Assembly (NCBI GenBank): GCA_043228905.1
Contig: JBHGNT010000018.1
Coordinates: 6,324,001 to 6,388,000, forward strand
Direction: 5' to 3'
DNA: 64,000 nt
Origin: Azolla caroliniana
Taxonomy: Eukaryota; Plantae; Polypodiophyta
This document shows, piece after piece, positions 49,614-61,500 of the stretch. The notes under the pieces are model-generated. The model saw nothing but the letters and a program-made list of their open reading frames with translations. It did not search any database and was not told the DNA's origin. The translations under genes were made by a program, and so were the position numbers. Within the stretch, counting starts at the first letter, position 1, and each line of letters opens with the position of its first letter.

Positions 49614-52600
49614 CTGTTCTCGCTTCGCTCCCTCTCAGTGGAAAACGAAAAATGAGCAACAACAACAAACTGTTTGCCCTAAGTCATATTTATACACATA
49701 TGACTTTCGGGCTATTTACAAATAAAGCCTAGAGGGCCCTTGGCAAACATATTCACAAATATGTCCCCGCATCCGGATCTCTCTGTCCGGGTACATTCGT
49801 CATCCGGCTCCGTAGCCGGGGTCTTCATCATCCGGCTCCGTAGCGGGGTCTTCGTCATCCGGCTCCGTAGCCGGGGTCTTCGTCATCCGGCTCCGTAGCC
49901 GGGGTCTTCATTCCCGATTCCCGGACATCCGACCATCCCATCCGGAGGGACCGTAATCCCAACAAACTCCCCCTTCACTTCGGCATGGGATGTCTTTCCA
50001 GTCCGACCCTCTTCCGGCATGCTTCCAGCTTGTCGGGTGTGAGCACCTTGGTCAGCATATCCGACCCGTTCTCGTCCGTGTGGATCTTCGTCAGCACGAA
50101 CTCCTTGTCTTCTATCCTTTCCCGGATCCAGTGATATCTTCGCTGGATGTGCTTCGTCCGGGAGTGATAGGCCGCGTTCTTTGCAAGGTGGATGGCACTC
50201 TGACTGTCGCAGTAGAGTCGGTACTCCTCCTGCCGGATACCGAGCTCTCTAATGAAGTCCTTCATCCATATTATTTCCTTGCCGGCTTCAACAGCCGCCA
50301 TGTACTCCGCCTCCGTGGTTGACAACGCAACCGTCTTCTGCAGCCTCGACTGCCACGAAACAGCTCCCCCTACATACGTCATCACATACCCTGATGTGGA
50401 CCGGCTGGTATCTGCATCAGCCGACATATCCGAATCGGTAAAGCCGTCGAGTTCGGGCTTACCGGAGCCGAATCGGAGGCACACGTTTGCCGTGCCCTTC
50501 AGGTATCGGAGTATCCACTTGACCGCGTTCCAGTGCTCTTTGCCAGGATTGCTCATGTACCGGCTCACCACTCCGACTGCATATCCTATGTCCGGTCTTG
50601 TGCACACCATTGCGTACATCAAGCTTCCGACGGCAGAGGCATATGGTACTTTCATCATGTCCTCCTTCTCAGCCTTTGTCTTGGGGCTTTGCTTGCTGGA
50701 CAACTTGCAGTTTGCCGGGAGGGTTGACCCGACCGGTCTTGCTTCCGACATGTTGAACCGGTGAAGCACCTTTGTCACGTACTTCTCCTGTGACAGCCAC
50801 AACTGCTTCTTCTTCCGGTCCCGGATGATATGCATCCCTAGTATTTGCCTCGCCGGACCCAGGTCCTTCATTGAGAAGGTTCGGTGAAGCGCTTTCTTCA
50901 GCATCCGTATCTTGACCTAGTCCCGTCCGACGATCAACATGTCGTCCACGTACAGGAGGAGTATTAGAGAATCTCCTCCTTCGAACTTCTTCACAAACAC
51001 GCAGTGATCGGACTGCGTTTTGTGGTACCCTTCGTCGGTCATGAAAGAGTCGAACTTCCGGTACCATTGCCGGGGAGCCTGCTTCAGTCTGTAGAGGCTC
51101 TTCTTCAACCGGCATACTAGGTGCTCCTTCCCTTTCTTCTCGAATCCTTCCGGTTGCTGCATGTAGATCTCTTCTTCGAGGTCACCGTGAAGGAATGCCG
51201 TCTTCACGTCCATCTGTTCTACCTCGAGGTCCATGCTTGCCGCTATGCTCAGCACCGTCCGGATGGAGGTCATCTTCACTACCGGGGCAAATATCTCGTC
51301 GAAGTCGACGCCCTTCTTCTGCTGGAACCCCTTCACCACGATCCTGGCTTTGTATCTCGGGGGGTTTCCGGCATCTCCCGGTTTCAGCTTGAACACCCAC
51401 TTGTTTCGAAGTGCCCGCTTTCCTTTCGGCAACTCCACAAGTTCGTATGTGTGGTTCTCATGCAGGGAATCCATCTCCTCCTGCATGGCACTTAACCACC
51501 TGCGGCTATGGGTGTCGAGCTTTGCTTCTTCAAAACTCTCCGGCTCCCCCTCGTCGGTTAGCAGCACGTGCTCTGGTTCCGGAAATCTCCGGGGGGCCCT
51601 TCTCTCTCTTAGAGGATATCTCCGTTCCGGAGCTTCGGTAACCGGCTCCTCCGTTTCCTCTTCATCCGAATCCATTTCGGGATCGGGGCCGGTTCCGGTA
51701 TCAGTTTCATCTTCCTCGGCCGGTTCTGTTTCTTCACCGTCTTCGGCCGGATCCTCGAGTGCTAACCGGTCCCTTGCCGGTCGGGACTGCTCCTCGTAGA
51801 GTTGATCCTCACCGGTCGACTTGGAGCTCTTCATCTTCTTCTCCGACTCCCAGTCGGCGAGTGTCTTGTCCTCCATGAAGATGATATCTCGACTCTTGAA
51901 TATCTTCTTGTCGACCGGGTCCCACACTCGGTAGCCGAACTGGTCGTCGCCGTAACCGAGGAATATGCATGGCCGGGTCTTTGGATCTAGCTTTCCTCTC
52001 CGGTCCTTTGCCACATGCACATATGCGAGACACCCGAACACCTTCAGATGCCGGTAGGATACTTCCCTACCGGTCCACACTCTCTGCGGCGTGTCTCCGT
52101 CCAAAGGTACTGAGGGTGATCTGTTTATCACGTATGTCGCCGTCGACATTGCCTCAGCCCAAAACCCCTTGGGTAATTTCGCATGCGCCAGCATACTCCG
52201 GACCCTCTCCATTATGGTCCGGTTCATCCTCTCGGCCAGCCCGTTCAGTTCCGGCGTCTTCGGCACAGTAAACTCGAGCCGGATTCCCTTCGAGCGACAG
52301 TACTCCTCGAACTGCCCCCGGTATTCCCCTCCGTTATCCGCTCGTATCGCTTTCAGCTTCTTGCCGGATTCTCTTTCCACTCTCGCGTGGAGTTCTTTGA
52401 AGACGGACAATACTTGGTCCTTTGTCTTCAACGGTGCCGTCCACAGCTTCCGGCTATGGTCATCTATGAATGTTACGAAGTACTGGGCTCCGCCATGTGA
52501 CTTCGTTTCTACCTGACACACATCAGTGTGTACCAACTCCAATGGTACACTACGTCTCATCGGTGGTCTTGAGCGGAAGGAGGTCCGGTTTTGCTTACCG

Positions 52601-54341
52601 GCCAGACAGTCGGTACACTTCCCCAGGTGTACGTGCTTTACCGGTATCAGGTTGTCTTCGGCAAGCCTCTTCATCCCCTTCTCGCTCATGTGGCACAGTC
52701 TCTTGTGCCACAGCTCACCGGTAGTGTCGGCTGCCACGTTCAGCTCCTCCGGACATAGCCGGGAATTCATCAGGTACAGTGTGTTGACCTTCCGGGCCCG
52801 AGCCACTATCAGGCTCCCTTTGCTGAACTTCATGACACCGTTCCGGATGCTACCCATGTAGCCTTCATCGTGTAGCCTCCCGGCTGAAATCAGGTTCAAT
52901 CGAACCTCCGGAACGTGTCGAACATCCTTCAGCAGCATCTTGCATCCGGTTGATGTCATCAGCCACACGTCTCCTATGCCGGCAATCCGGCATGTACCTT
53001 CATTTCCCATCCGGACACAGCCGTGCTCACCGGCTGTGTAGGATGAGAAGTATTTCTTCTCCGGGGTCAGGTGGAACGACGCTCCGGAATCGACCACCCA
53101 GGTCATCTCTTCACCGGCAAGGTTCAGCTCCCTCTCTTCGGTAATGAGCATGATCTCCTCTTCACTTGCCGCGAGTGCCGTCGTTCCTTTCCGGTCCTGC
53201 CCTCGCCGATCCGGACCTCTCCGGTCCGTGGCTCCCCGGTATGCACCGTTTCGCTCCGGTGACTTCTTCGAATCGGTACCGTCGGTTCCGTTGTCTTTCC
53301 AGAAATGCCGACAGTTCTTCTGGAAGTGCCCCGGCTTCCCACAATAGAAGCATGTAGGTCTTCCCCTCGACTGCGACCGTGTCCCCGACTTCTCCCGTCT
53401 TTGCGGACTCCGGTTCCGTTGTCTTCCCCGTTCCGATTCGGTAAGCAGCGCCTTCGAGTCGGAGGCCGGTTCTTTATCTCTCCGACGCGCTTCTTCATTT
53501 AGAATACTTGTCTTTACCGTTAGTAAAGACAAGTTCTCTTCCTTACAGGAGGTGCTGAGAGTAACTACCAAGTTCTCCCAGCTCTCCGGAAGGGTACACA
53601 TCAGCATGATGGCTTGCATTGCGTCATCCAACGGGAACTTGATCGCCGCAAGCTGGTTCACGAATCCCATGAACGTGCTGACGTGTTCGACCATGCTCTC
53701 GCCGTCCCGGTACTTAAGATTCACTATCTTCCTCATCAGGGAGGTCCGGGTCAGAGCATTCTTCCTCTCATACAGTCCGGACAGCTTCTGCCACATCTCA
53801 TAGGCGTTCGTATCGTTCGCCACATGTTGCAGAACACTTACATCGACATATTGCCGGATCGTCGCTACGGCTTTCCGGTTCAGGAGCTTCCACTCCGACT
53901 CTATTACCCCCTTGGGTATCTCGGCATTGTCGATCGGTTCATACAGGTCTCGGACGATGAGAAGGTCTTCCATCTTTATCTTCCAGTCGGCGTAGTTCTG
54001 TGAGTTCAACACCATCATGCCCGGAGGCCCACTACCGCCGCCTTCCATTTTCTGTGTTACCGTCGCTCTGATACCACTTTGTTGAAAACAGTGCTCGGCC
54101 ACCACCGAGGAATAGGATCAACTCACAGAAAAACAGGAAATACAAAATGCACGAAGACAATAGAGAGAAGAGTACACAGGATGTTTTACGTGGAAAACCC
54201 TAAATGGGAAAAACCACGGGAGTCCTCAAACTCCAACTATCACTATAAACAGAGATGTACAATGGTGAAGCTACAAGGCAACAACCTTGAGCTCACTGTC
54301 TTCGCCACAGGCGGCGGTAATACACAGAGGCAACGACCTCT

Positions 54342-54372
<31 letters not shown>

Positions 54373-54670
54373 GGCTGTTCTCGCTTTGCTCCCTCTCAGT
54401 GGAAAACGAAAAATGAGCAACAACAACAAACTGTTTGCCCTAAGTCATATTTATACACATATGACTTTCGGGCTATTTACAAATAAAGCCTAGAGGGCCC
54501 TTGGCAAACATATTCACAAATATGTCCCCGCATCCGGATCTCTCTGTCCGGGTACATTCGTCATCCGGCTCCGTAGCCGGGGTCTTCGTCATCCGGCTCT
54601 GTAGCCGGGGTCTTCATTCCCGATTCCCGGACATCCGACCATCCCATCCGGAGGGACCGTAATCCCAACA
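49305..54670 (-). mobile_element. Full-length young Ty1/copia retrotransposon E (Tnt1/Tork-like)
   Basis: LTRs at 54080-54670 (5') and 49305-49964 (3'). TSD CTATT at 49300-49304 and 54671-54675. Perfect tRNA-iMet PBS TGGTATCAGAGC at 54076-54065. PPT at 49979-49965. Confidence 0.97.
49975..54048 (-). pseudogene. Copia gag-pol polyprotein with a single in-frame TAG at 50919-50917
   Basis: Gag, CCHC knuckle CFYCGKPGHFQKNC, PR WVVDSGASFH, INT, RT YVDD and RNaseH all lie in one frame. The only interruption is GRD*VKIRMLKK. Confidence 0.92.
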
Positions 54671-56025
54671 CTATTGGTGTTAAGCAAGGATCCCCACTCT
54701 CACCAACACTATTTGGTTTATGCATTGATGAATTGGAAGAAATGGTTACCAAGTTTGCAAAGGAAGAATGTGAACAAGAAGTTATCATTGGGAATGTTGT
54801 GATTATGCTTTTGCTATATGCAGATGATGTAGTGCTTTTTGCAAATAATTTAGGTGATGCACAAAAGCTTATGAAGGAATTGGAAAAAGCATACTAAATT
54901 AAGTGCCAATAACTCTAAAACAAAGATTATGCTTGTGAAGAGCCAAAAAAGAGATAAACCATGCATTATGTACAATAATGAGCCACTTGAATGTGTGGAA
55001 AGCTTCAAATATCTTGGCCTTAAAGTTCCTTCAAATCATAGATGGAATGAATGTGCTACACGCCGCTTAGAGGCGGGTAAGCGAGCATACTATGCATTTG
55101 AGAACACATGCAATCTTGGAGATATTAAGTGTTGGGTCCTCAAGAAATATCTTTTCGACACTTTGGTGACACCGGTTCTTCTCTATGGGGTGGAAGTATG
55201 GGGTGGTAGAATGTTAAGAAACAAACGCCCTACACCCTCCTCCTCCTTGAGACGGGATCGCTTCCCATTGAGATCATGGCCATGGAAAGGGTTGTTGAAT
55301 ACATGCTTAAGGTTCAAAAAAGTCCCTCACATCGACTTCCTAGAATTGCATGGGAAGGAAGCAAAAAGATCCAAAAGACGCATAAAAGCAAAATGTTGTG
55401 TTCCGGTTGGATGCAAGATATAGAAAAATGGTTTGGTAGATGGGATGTGAGACACTTGCTTCATGATGCATCATTAGATTGCTTTGTAAATGAGGCCTTT
55501 TTTCAACGCCAATGTATCATGACATGGGACAAATGTGGAGGCTCACGCTTCACACATTATACAACACATGTTGCACCTAACTACAAAACCATATTCTTTG
55601 CGGAATAGGGAAATCGTACACATCGATACATGTTAGAGCCCATACCATTAACTGCCATTCGAACCATTGCTTCCATGTGACTTAGCTCACATGCATTGCG
55701 ATGTGACAGGGCGTTGGGGTACAAGTGATGAGAGTGGTCGACTATGCACACTTTGCCCTAAACAAGTTCAGGAGTCTGAGTATCACACTTTGATACAATG
55801 CTCTGCCTTTGATCATACTTGACCATGCTTTCCACATCTCTTCGATCGAGCCCAATCCTTGCATGAAATCCTCTCACAACCACAATGTGCACTCTCGATT
55901 GCAACATTCATTGGTAAAGTTCTTGAACATCGAGAGTCACTACTCACTTTCACACGTATCATGTGAAATGTTATATTTTTGGTCTCATAGGTCATATTTG
56001 ACCTCCGAAGACGATAATATAATCT

Positions 56026-56100
<75 letters not shown>
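56026..56100. repeat. Compound (CT)n(CA)n(CT)n microsatellite, LINE tail
   Basis: Seen directly after the LINE 3' UTR. Confidence 0.95.
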
Positions 56101-56103
<3 letters not shown>

Positions 56104-56232
56104 GACGAGACAACACTCAAGATGTAATCTCTTATTTAGTCTTATAGGCCATTTTGGCCTCTTAAAAGATGTTACTATATTTGTAAAAGAATACGTGTGC
56201 AGAAGCGTATGCGTAAGACACCGAGTACATGG

Positions 56233-58588
56233 TTCGGTAAAACATCGATTTGAGTATGGAGTGTTTGATGGCTCTAGAATCCCCATCGCCACCTTTTCTT
56301 TGAGCAATTCAATGATTTTCGGAATATGTGCCCGTGGCACTGGAATTGGCTTCAAGTTCCACATCACATGATCAATCGTGAAGATCGCCATAAGCTCCAC
56401 TATCTTTGGATCAACACATCCTATCTCTTTTGGTGTGAATGCGAATGCTTTTCCATGTTGCTCCAACATCTCACAGAATTGTTCTTCCTCATTCTTTAAG
56501 AGGAACCCACCTCCACCAATCCGAAGTTTCTTCCTGGTGTCATTCATGAAGGCATGTACGATATCCATGGACTTTCGAAGTGTCGGATCTCTCGAGACTT
56601 CTTTCCTCTTTTGTTCGCTATTGGTGGTTGTTTACATACCCGTATTGGTGGTTGTCACTACCCCGCGGATGGTTTCACCTTCTTTCCCATGGTTTTATAT
56701 TTTGTACCTACCATTGCTTTTTCTTTGTGGAGCCTATCCGGCCCCATTTTCTCACTAATATCGTACATCTCGACCAATTCCACCGGAACTACCCAGTCTT
56801 CCTGGCTATTCTCTTCCGCAAGCTCTTCAAGCTGTTGCATGCTCCCATAGAACACTTCTTCGACTACTCCCATGATCTCTTCATCTTCTTTCATGATTGA
56901 TGCAGACCGTAACTCATCTTGCACCTTTCGGAATTCTTTCTTCATTACTCTGGTTACGGCCGTGTATGAAGATGCCCCATCCGGACCGATTCGTACTTGT
57001 TTTGCTCCGAGAGTTTTGTTCCTGTGTGGGGTATCAGGGCTTCTCGGACTATGACTTCCCCACTCCACAACAGTCCACTTAAAAAATCCATTTTTGTTTG
57101 CGACAAGAGCTCTCTCTTGTTTCTTTCGTGATTCGATGGCACAGTTAGGAATTGGATAGTTTTCCCTCCGCTTTGGCTCCGAATTCGTGCAAAGGCCGCT
57201 CCGCTATCGAGCACCTTTGTCTCCATCTGTGAAGCCGTGATAAAGGGTTGCCCAAGGATCATAGAATGTGAGACCTCATCTTGCATGAAGAAATTTTGGT
57301 CAATCTCCACATCTCCGATCTTCACCATCACATCCAAACAAGCCGCAAATAGATCTTCCGTGGCTTTTGTGGCTACCCGAATCTTCCATCCATGGCTGGT
57401 GTTTATAGGCCACTTCCCCTTTCGGTAGAACTCCTTGGACATCAAATTGATCTCTAACCCGTGATCAATCAATGCTAGTACGGGCTCTTTGATGTTTCCG
57501 ATTCGGACCAGAGTCTCCGTAGTTGCGCGTACCCTGTGTGGCCTTGTGTAGTGGGAGTTCGGAATTTCATCCTCCACTTTTGTGTCGTTCATTAGAACGG
57601 TATTCGCATTCACTCGTGGAGCATTTTCCTCCATAGTTTGTCTCTTTCTTTTTACAAGATCCACAAGAAGATCGTGAAACTCCTTCTTCGCTATTCCGAG
57701 TAATTCCCGTAGAGAAAATTCCACCCGACTATCAAGGATTCTCTCTTCGAACACCTTCTTTAGGTCTGTTCGTTGTTCGATGTCCGAAGTGAGTTTGAAT
57801 GCCGGAATTGTTTTTCCTTTCCCCTTCCCTTCGGAGCTCCAGCTCTCCGGTGTCTTTGATGGCCCGACCGCATCATCCGTGTGCCATCGTTTCTCATCTA
57901 CATACACCTCATGCAATTGACATAACGCATGTATGCTATTCTTATCTACGGGCCACTCCCATCCCGTAGCTTCCTGGATGCCCTCCGTGGTGCTCCGGAT
58001 TTCATCAAAGTCGACTTTCTCCGAGATTTCTAGCACTTCCGGCCAAAAAGATGCCTTTGCTCCATATGACTCCCCCACACGTATTCCCGTAGTTGTCGCA
58101 TAATTGCTTTTCGCCGCTATCTCCTCCTCTAGGGCCTTCTCATGTTGCCTTTTTGGAAGTTCGGCCGGAGTGGCTTTCGAGAGTCCGTCGAATGAATCCG
58201 ATTTCCCTCGTAGTAGATAAGATCCCGTCGTAGCACCTCCTTGTGCTCATCGCAATCCTTCCGATCATGTTCAGTGCTATCGCACCATATGCACCAACGG
58301 TCCATATACTTGGAACTTGTGGGATGGTCTTCCAACTTCTTCACCATTGCAATTTTCAGATTCTCCATCTCCTTTAGCAACTGCTCCACCGTGGTTGCAT
58401 CGATTCCCTTCTCGGTCGTAGTCTCCCGAGCCCATGGTTGATGGTCTTCCAATTTGGATCTTGGTTTCAGAATCGGTTTCTGAAACCCTCTTTTCTTCAT
58501 TACCAAGCCATTGCCCCCTTTTTGTGTATCGCGCGACAATGTCCTACACGTTTTCCCATGTATTGGTGAGGCCACTCTTAGTAGTCGT
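56233..58588 (-). mobile_element. Ty3/gypsy fragment (gag C-terminus, zinc knuckle, DUF4100-like region, aspartic protease, RT N-terminus)
   Basis: CIWCDSTEHDRKDC; FKLTSDIE..LRELLGIA; protease ALIDHGLEINLMS..ILGQPF; KYKTMGKKVKP; WNLKPIPVPRAH..GILEPSNTPYSNRCFT, then truncated. Confidence 0.88.
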
Positions 58589-61500
58589 TGTTGGGAAATC
58601 GGTCCATCCGGATGGGATTCGGTTATGAATGAAGAGATCCGGAAACCGGATCGGATGGACCTGGTGAGAACCGGAAGTGAAGAAATATTTGTAAATATGT
58701 TTTGAATAAGCCTATTGAGGCTATATTTGTAAATAATGTTGGGAAATTGGTCTCTCCGGATGGGGTTCGGTGATGAATAAAGAGGACCTGGTGAGAACTG
58801 GAAGAGATCCGGAAACCGGAGGAGACCCGGTGAGAACCGGAAGAGAGCCGGCGAGAACTGAAAGAGAAGACATATCTGTAAATATGTCTTGAGTAATCCT
58901 ATAGAGGCTATATTTATAAATAGCCCTAAGTTCATATAAGTATAAATATGACTTAGGGAAATCACTTTGTTATGTGATTGTCATATTGTTGTATGTGCAT
59001 AACTAATGTATAGAGAGCGACAAAGAGTGAGAGAGAGCGCGAGAGTAGCTACGAGCACTCTCTGTTGTAACCGCCCTCTGGTAAAGATCGCGGGCATGAG
59101 GTCGTCGCCTCTATGCCTCCACTTTGTATTTCCTCTCATATAGTGATAGTGGAGTCTGACGGGTCCTGTGGTTTTTCCCTATTAGGGTTTTCCATGTGAA
59201 CATCCTGTGTCATTTATGTGTACTCTCTCGTTCATTCCCATTTCTGTGATTCAAGACTCGGTTGTGGCCGAGCGATATTCCGCGTTATTCTTCACAAATA
59301 GCCCTAAGTTCATATAAGTATAAATATGACTTAGGGCAATCACTTTAGTGTGGTGGTTGTGTTGTTGTCATATAGTTGTTGTATATAGAGAGAGGAGATA
59401 TAGAGTTATACTCTGTTGTAACCGCCGGTTGGCGAAGATACAGAGCACGAGGTCGTTGCCTCCGAGTCTCTGATTGTACCTTTCTCATATAGTGATAGTT
59501 TGGAGTCTGTGGGCTCTTGTGGTTTTTCCCTATTAGGGTTTTCCACGTAAACATTCTGTGTACTCTCTACTTCCCATTTCTGTGTTTCATTTCCATTATT
59601 GTGATTCAAGACTAGGTTGTGGCCAAGGAATATTCCGCACTATTCTTCACAATCTGGTATTAGAGCAAATAACACAGGAAATGGAAGAGTCGTTCGGCAA
59701 CATGTTCAAGCTCACCGGCTCCAACTACTCAGTGTGGAAGTCGAAGATGAGGGATATGTTGGTGGTTAAAGATCTTTGGTTTATGGTTTAGTTCGGGGAC
59801 AAGAGACTGGATAAGATTGATGCCGCGACATGGCAAGTGATGCACATGAAGATGACGACATACATCCGGTGCTTCATCGACATGAGCCTGTACAACAACT
59901 TCAATGAAGAAAGTAAGGCTCATGAACTCAGGGAGAAGATCGACATCATGTTCCAGAACAAGAATGTTGTTAATCGGGTTTCGGTATTCCGGAAGCTAGT
60001 GAGGCTCCGATACCAGGACGTCTCTAGTATGGCGGAGCACATGAATGCCTTCTAGGGGCTAATACATCAAGCCACCTCGCTGGAAGTACCTCTCGCCGAT
60101 GAGGTACTCGCATTGCTCCAGCTCGGTTCCCTCCCGGATAGTTGGGAGACGCTAGTTGTCACGTTGGGGAATGCCGGGCCCGAAGGAAAACAATTGTTCT
60201 TAGCAAGAGTGGAAGACGAAGGATCAGGTGCTATCCGTCTTCAAGGAACTCCATGCGAGAGTGGAAAGAGAAACCGGCTGGAAGCTGAAAGCGGTTCGAG
60301 CAGACAACGGAGGAGAATACCGGGGGCAGTTCGAGGAGTACTGCCAGTTGAAGGGAATCCGGCTCGAATACACTGTGCCGAAGACGCCGGAATTGAACGG
60401 GCTGGCCGAAAGGATGAACTGGACCATAATGGAGAGAGTCCAGAGCATGTTGGCACATGCAAAGTTACGCAAGACGTTTTGGGCTAAGGTGCTAATGACG
60501 GCAACCTATTTGATAAACACATCACCCTCAATACCCTTGGACGGAGACACACCACAAAGAATATGGACCGGTAAGGACGTGTCTTACCGGCATCTGAAGG
60601 TGTTCGGGTGTCTCTCATATGTGCTTGTTGCAAAGGATAAGAGAGCAAAGTTGGATCCAAAGTCCAGGCCATGCATATTCCTTGGATATGACAATGATGA
60701 GTTTGGTTACCGGGTGTGGGATCTGGTTGACAAGAAGGTGTTCCGGAGTCGGGACATAGTCTTCATGGAAGACAAGACCATTACCGACTAGGAGTCGGAG
60801 AAGAAGGTGATGAACTCCGGACGATCCAATGAAAACCAGCTTGATGACACAAGGATATACCTGGTTGAAAATAAGATGTTAGCTGGTAACCGGATGACAC
60901 TCGACGAACCGGCCGGATACGGACAAGAACCGAATAGACAGAAGAAGAAGAAGAAGAAGAAGAAGAAGATACCGGAATCGGACAAGATCCTGAATCGGAA
61001 CAAATGGAGGAACCGACAGTCAGAAACCAAGGACAGAGATATCCTCTCAGAGAGACAAGAGCCCCCCGAAGATTTCTAGATGTTCAGCACGTGTTGCTAA
61101 CCGATGAGGGGGAGCCGGAAAGCTTCGAAGAAGCAAAGAGAGACACCCACAACTGCAAGTGGTTGAGTGCCATGCAAGATGAGATGAATTCCCTACATGA
61201 GAACCACACGTATGAATTGACGGAGTTGCCGAAAGGAAAGCAGGCACTCCAGAACAAGTGGGTGTACAAGCTGAAACCGGGAGATGCCGGAAACCCATCG
61301 AGATACAAAGCCCGGATCGTGGTGAAGGGGTTCCAGCAGGAGAAAGGAGTGGATTTCGATGAGATCTTTGCCCCGGTAGTAAAGATGACATCCATCCGGA
61401 CGGTATTGGGCATAACGGCAAGCATGGACCTCGAGGTAGAGTAACTAGACGTCAAGACGACATTCCTACATGGCGACCTCGAAGAAGAAATCTACATGCA

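Larger units (their letters stand above)
46881..56025 (+). mobile_element. Degenerate non-LTR retrotransposon (APE endonuclease, RT, C-terminal CCHC; RTEX-like), split by two LTR insertions
   Basis: EN motifs CFWNCNG, LVETW, GDMDART, SVIDYVL, SDHRPL. RT motifs NYRTIMV, FKKAF, GVKQGSPLSPTLF, LLYADD, FKYLG. C-terminal LSSHAL..RLCTLC..ESEYHTLIQC. The 3' hairpin is followed by a (CT)n(CA)n(CT)n tail. Internal deletions and stops. Confidence 0.9.

Noticed and set aside
49797-49910. 28-bp repeats resembling a CRISPR array
   Set aside because: Head-to-tail with no spacers, inside a eukaryotic LTR, and no cas genes.
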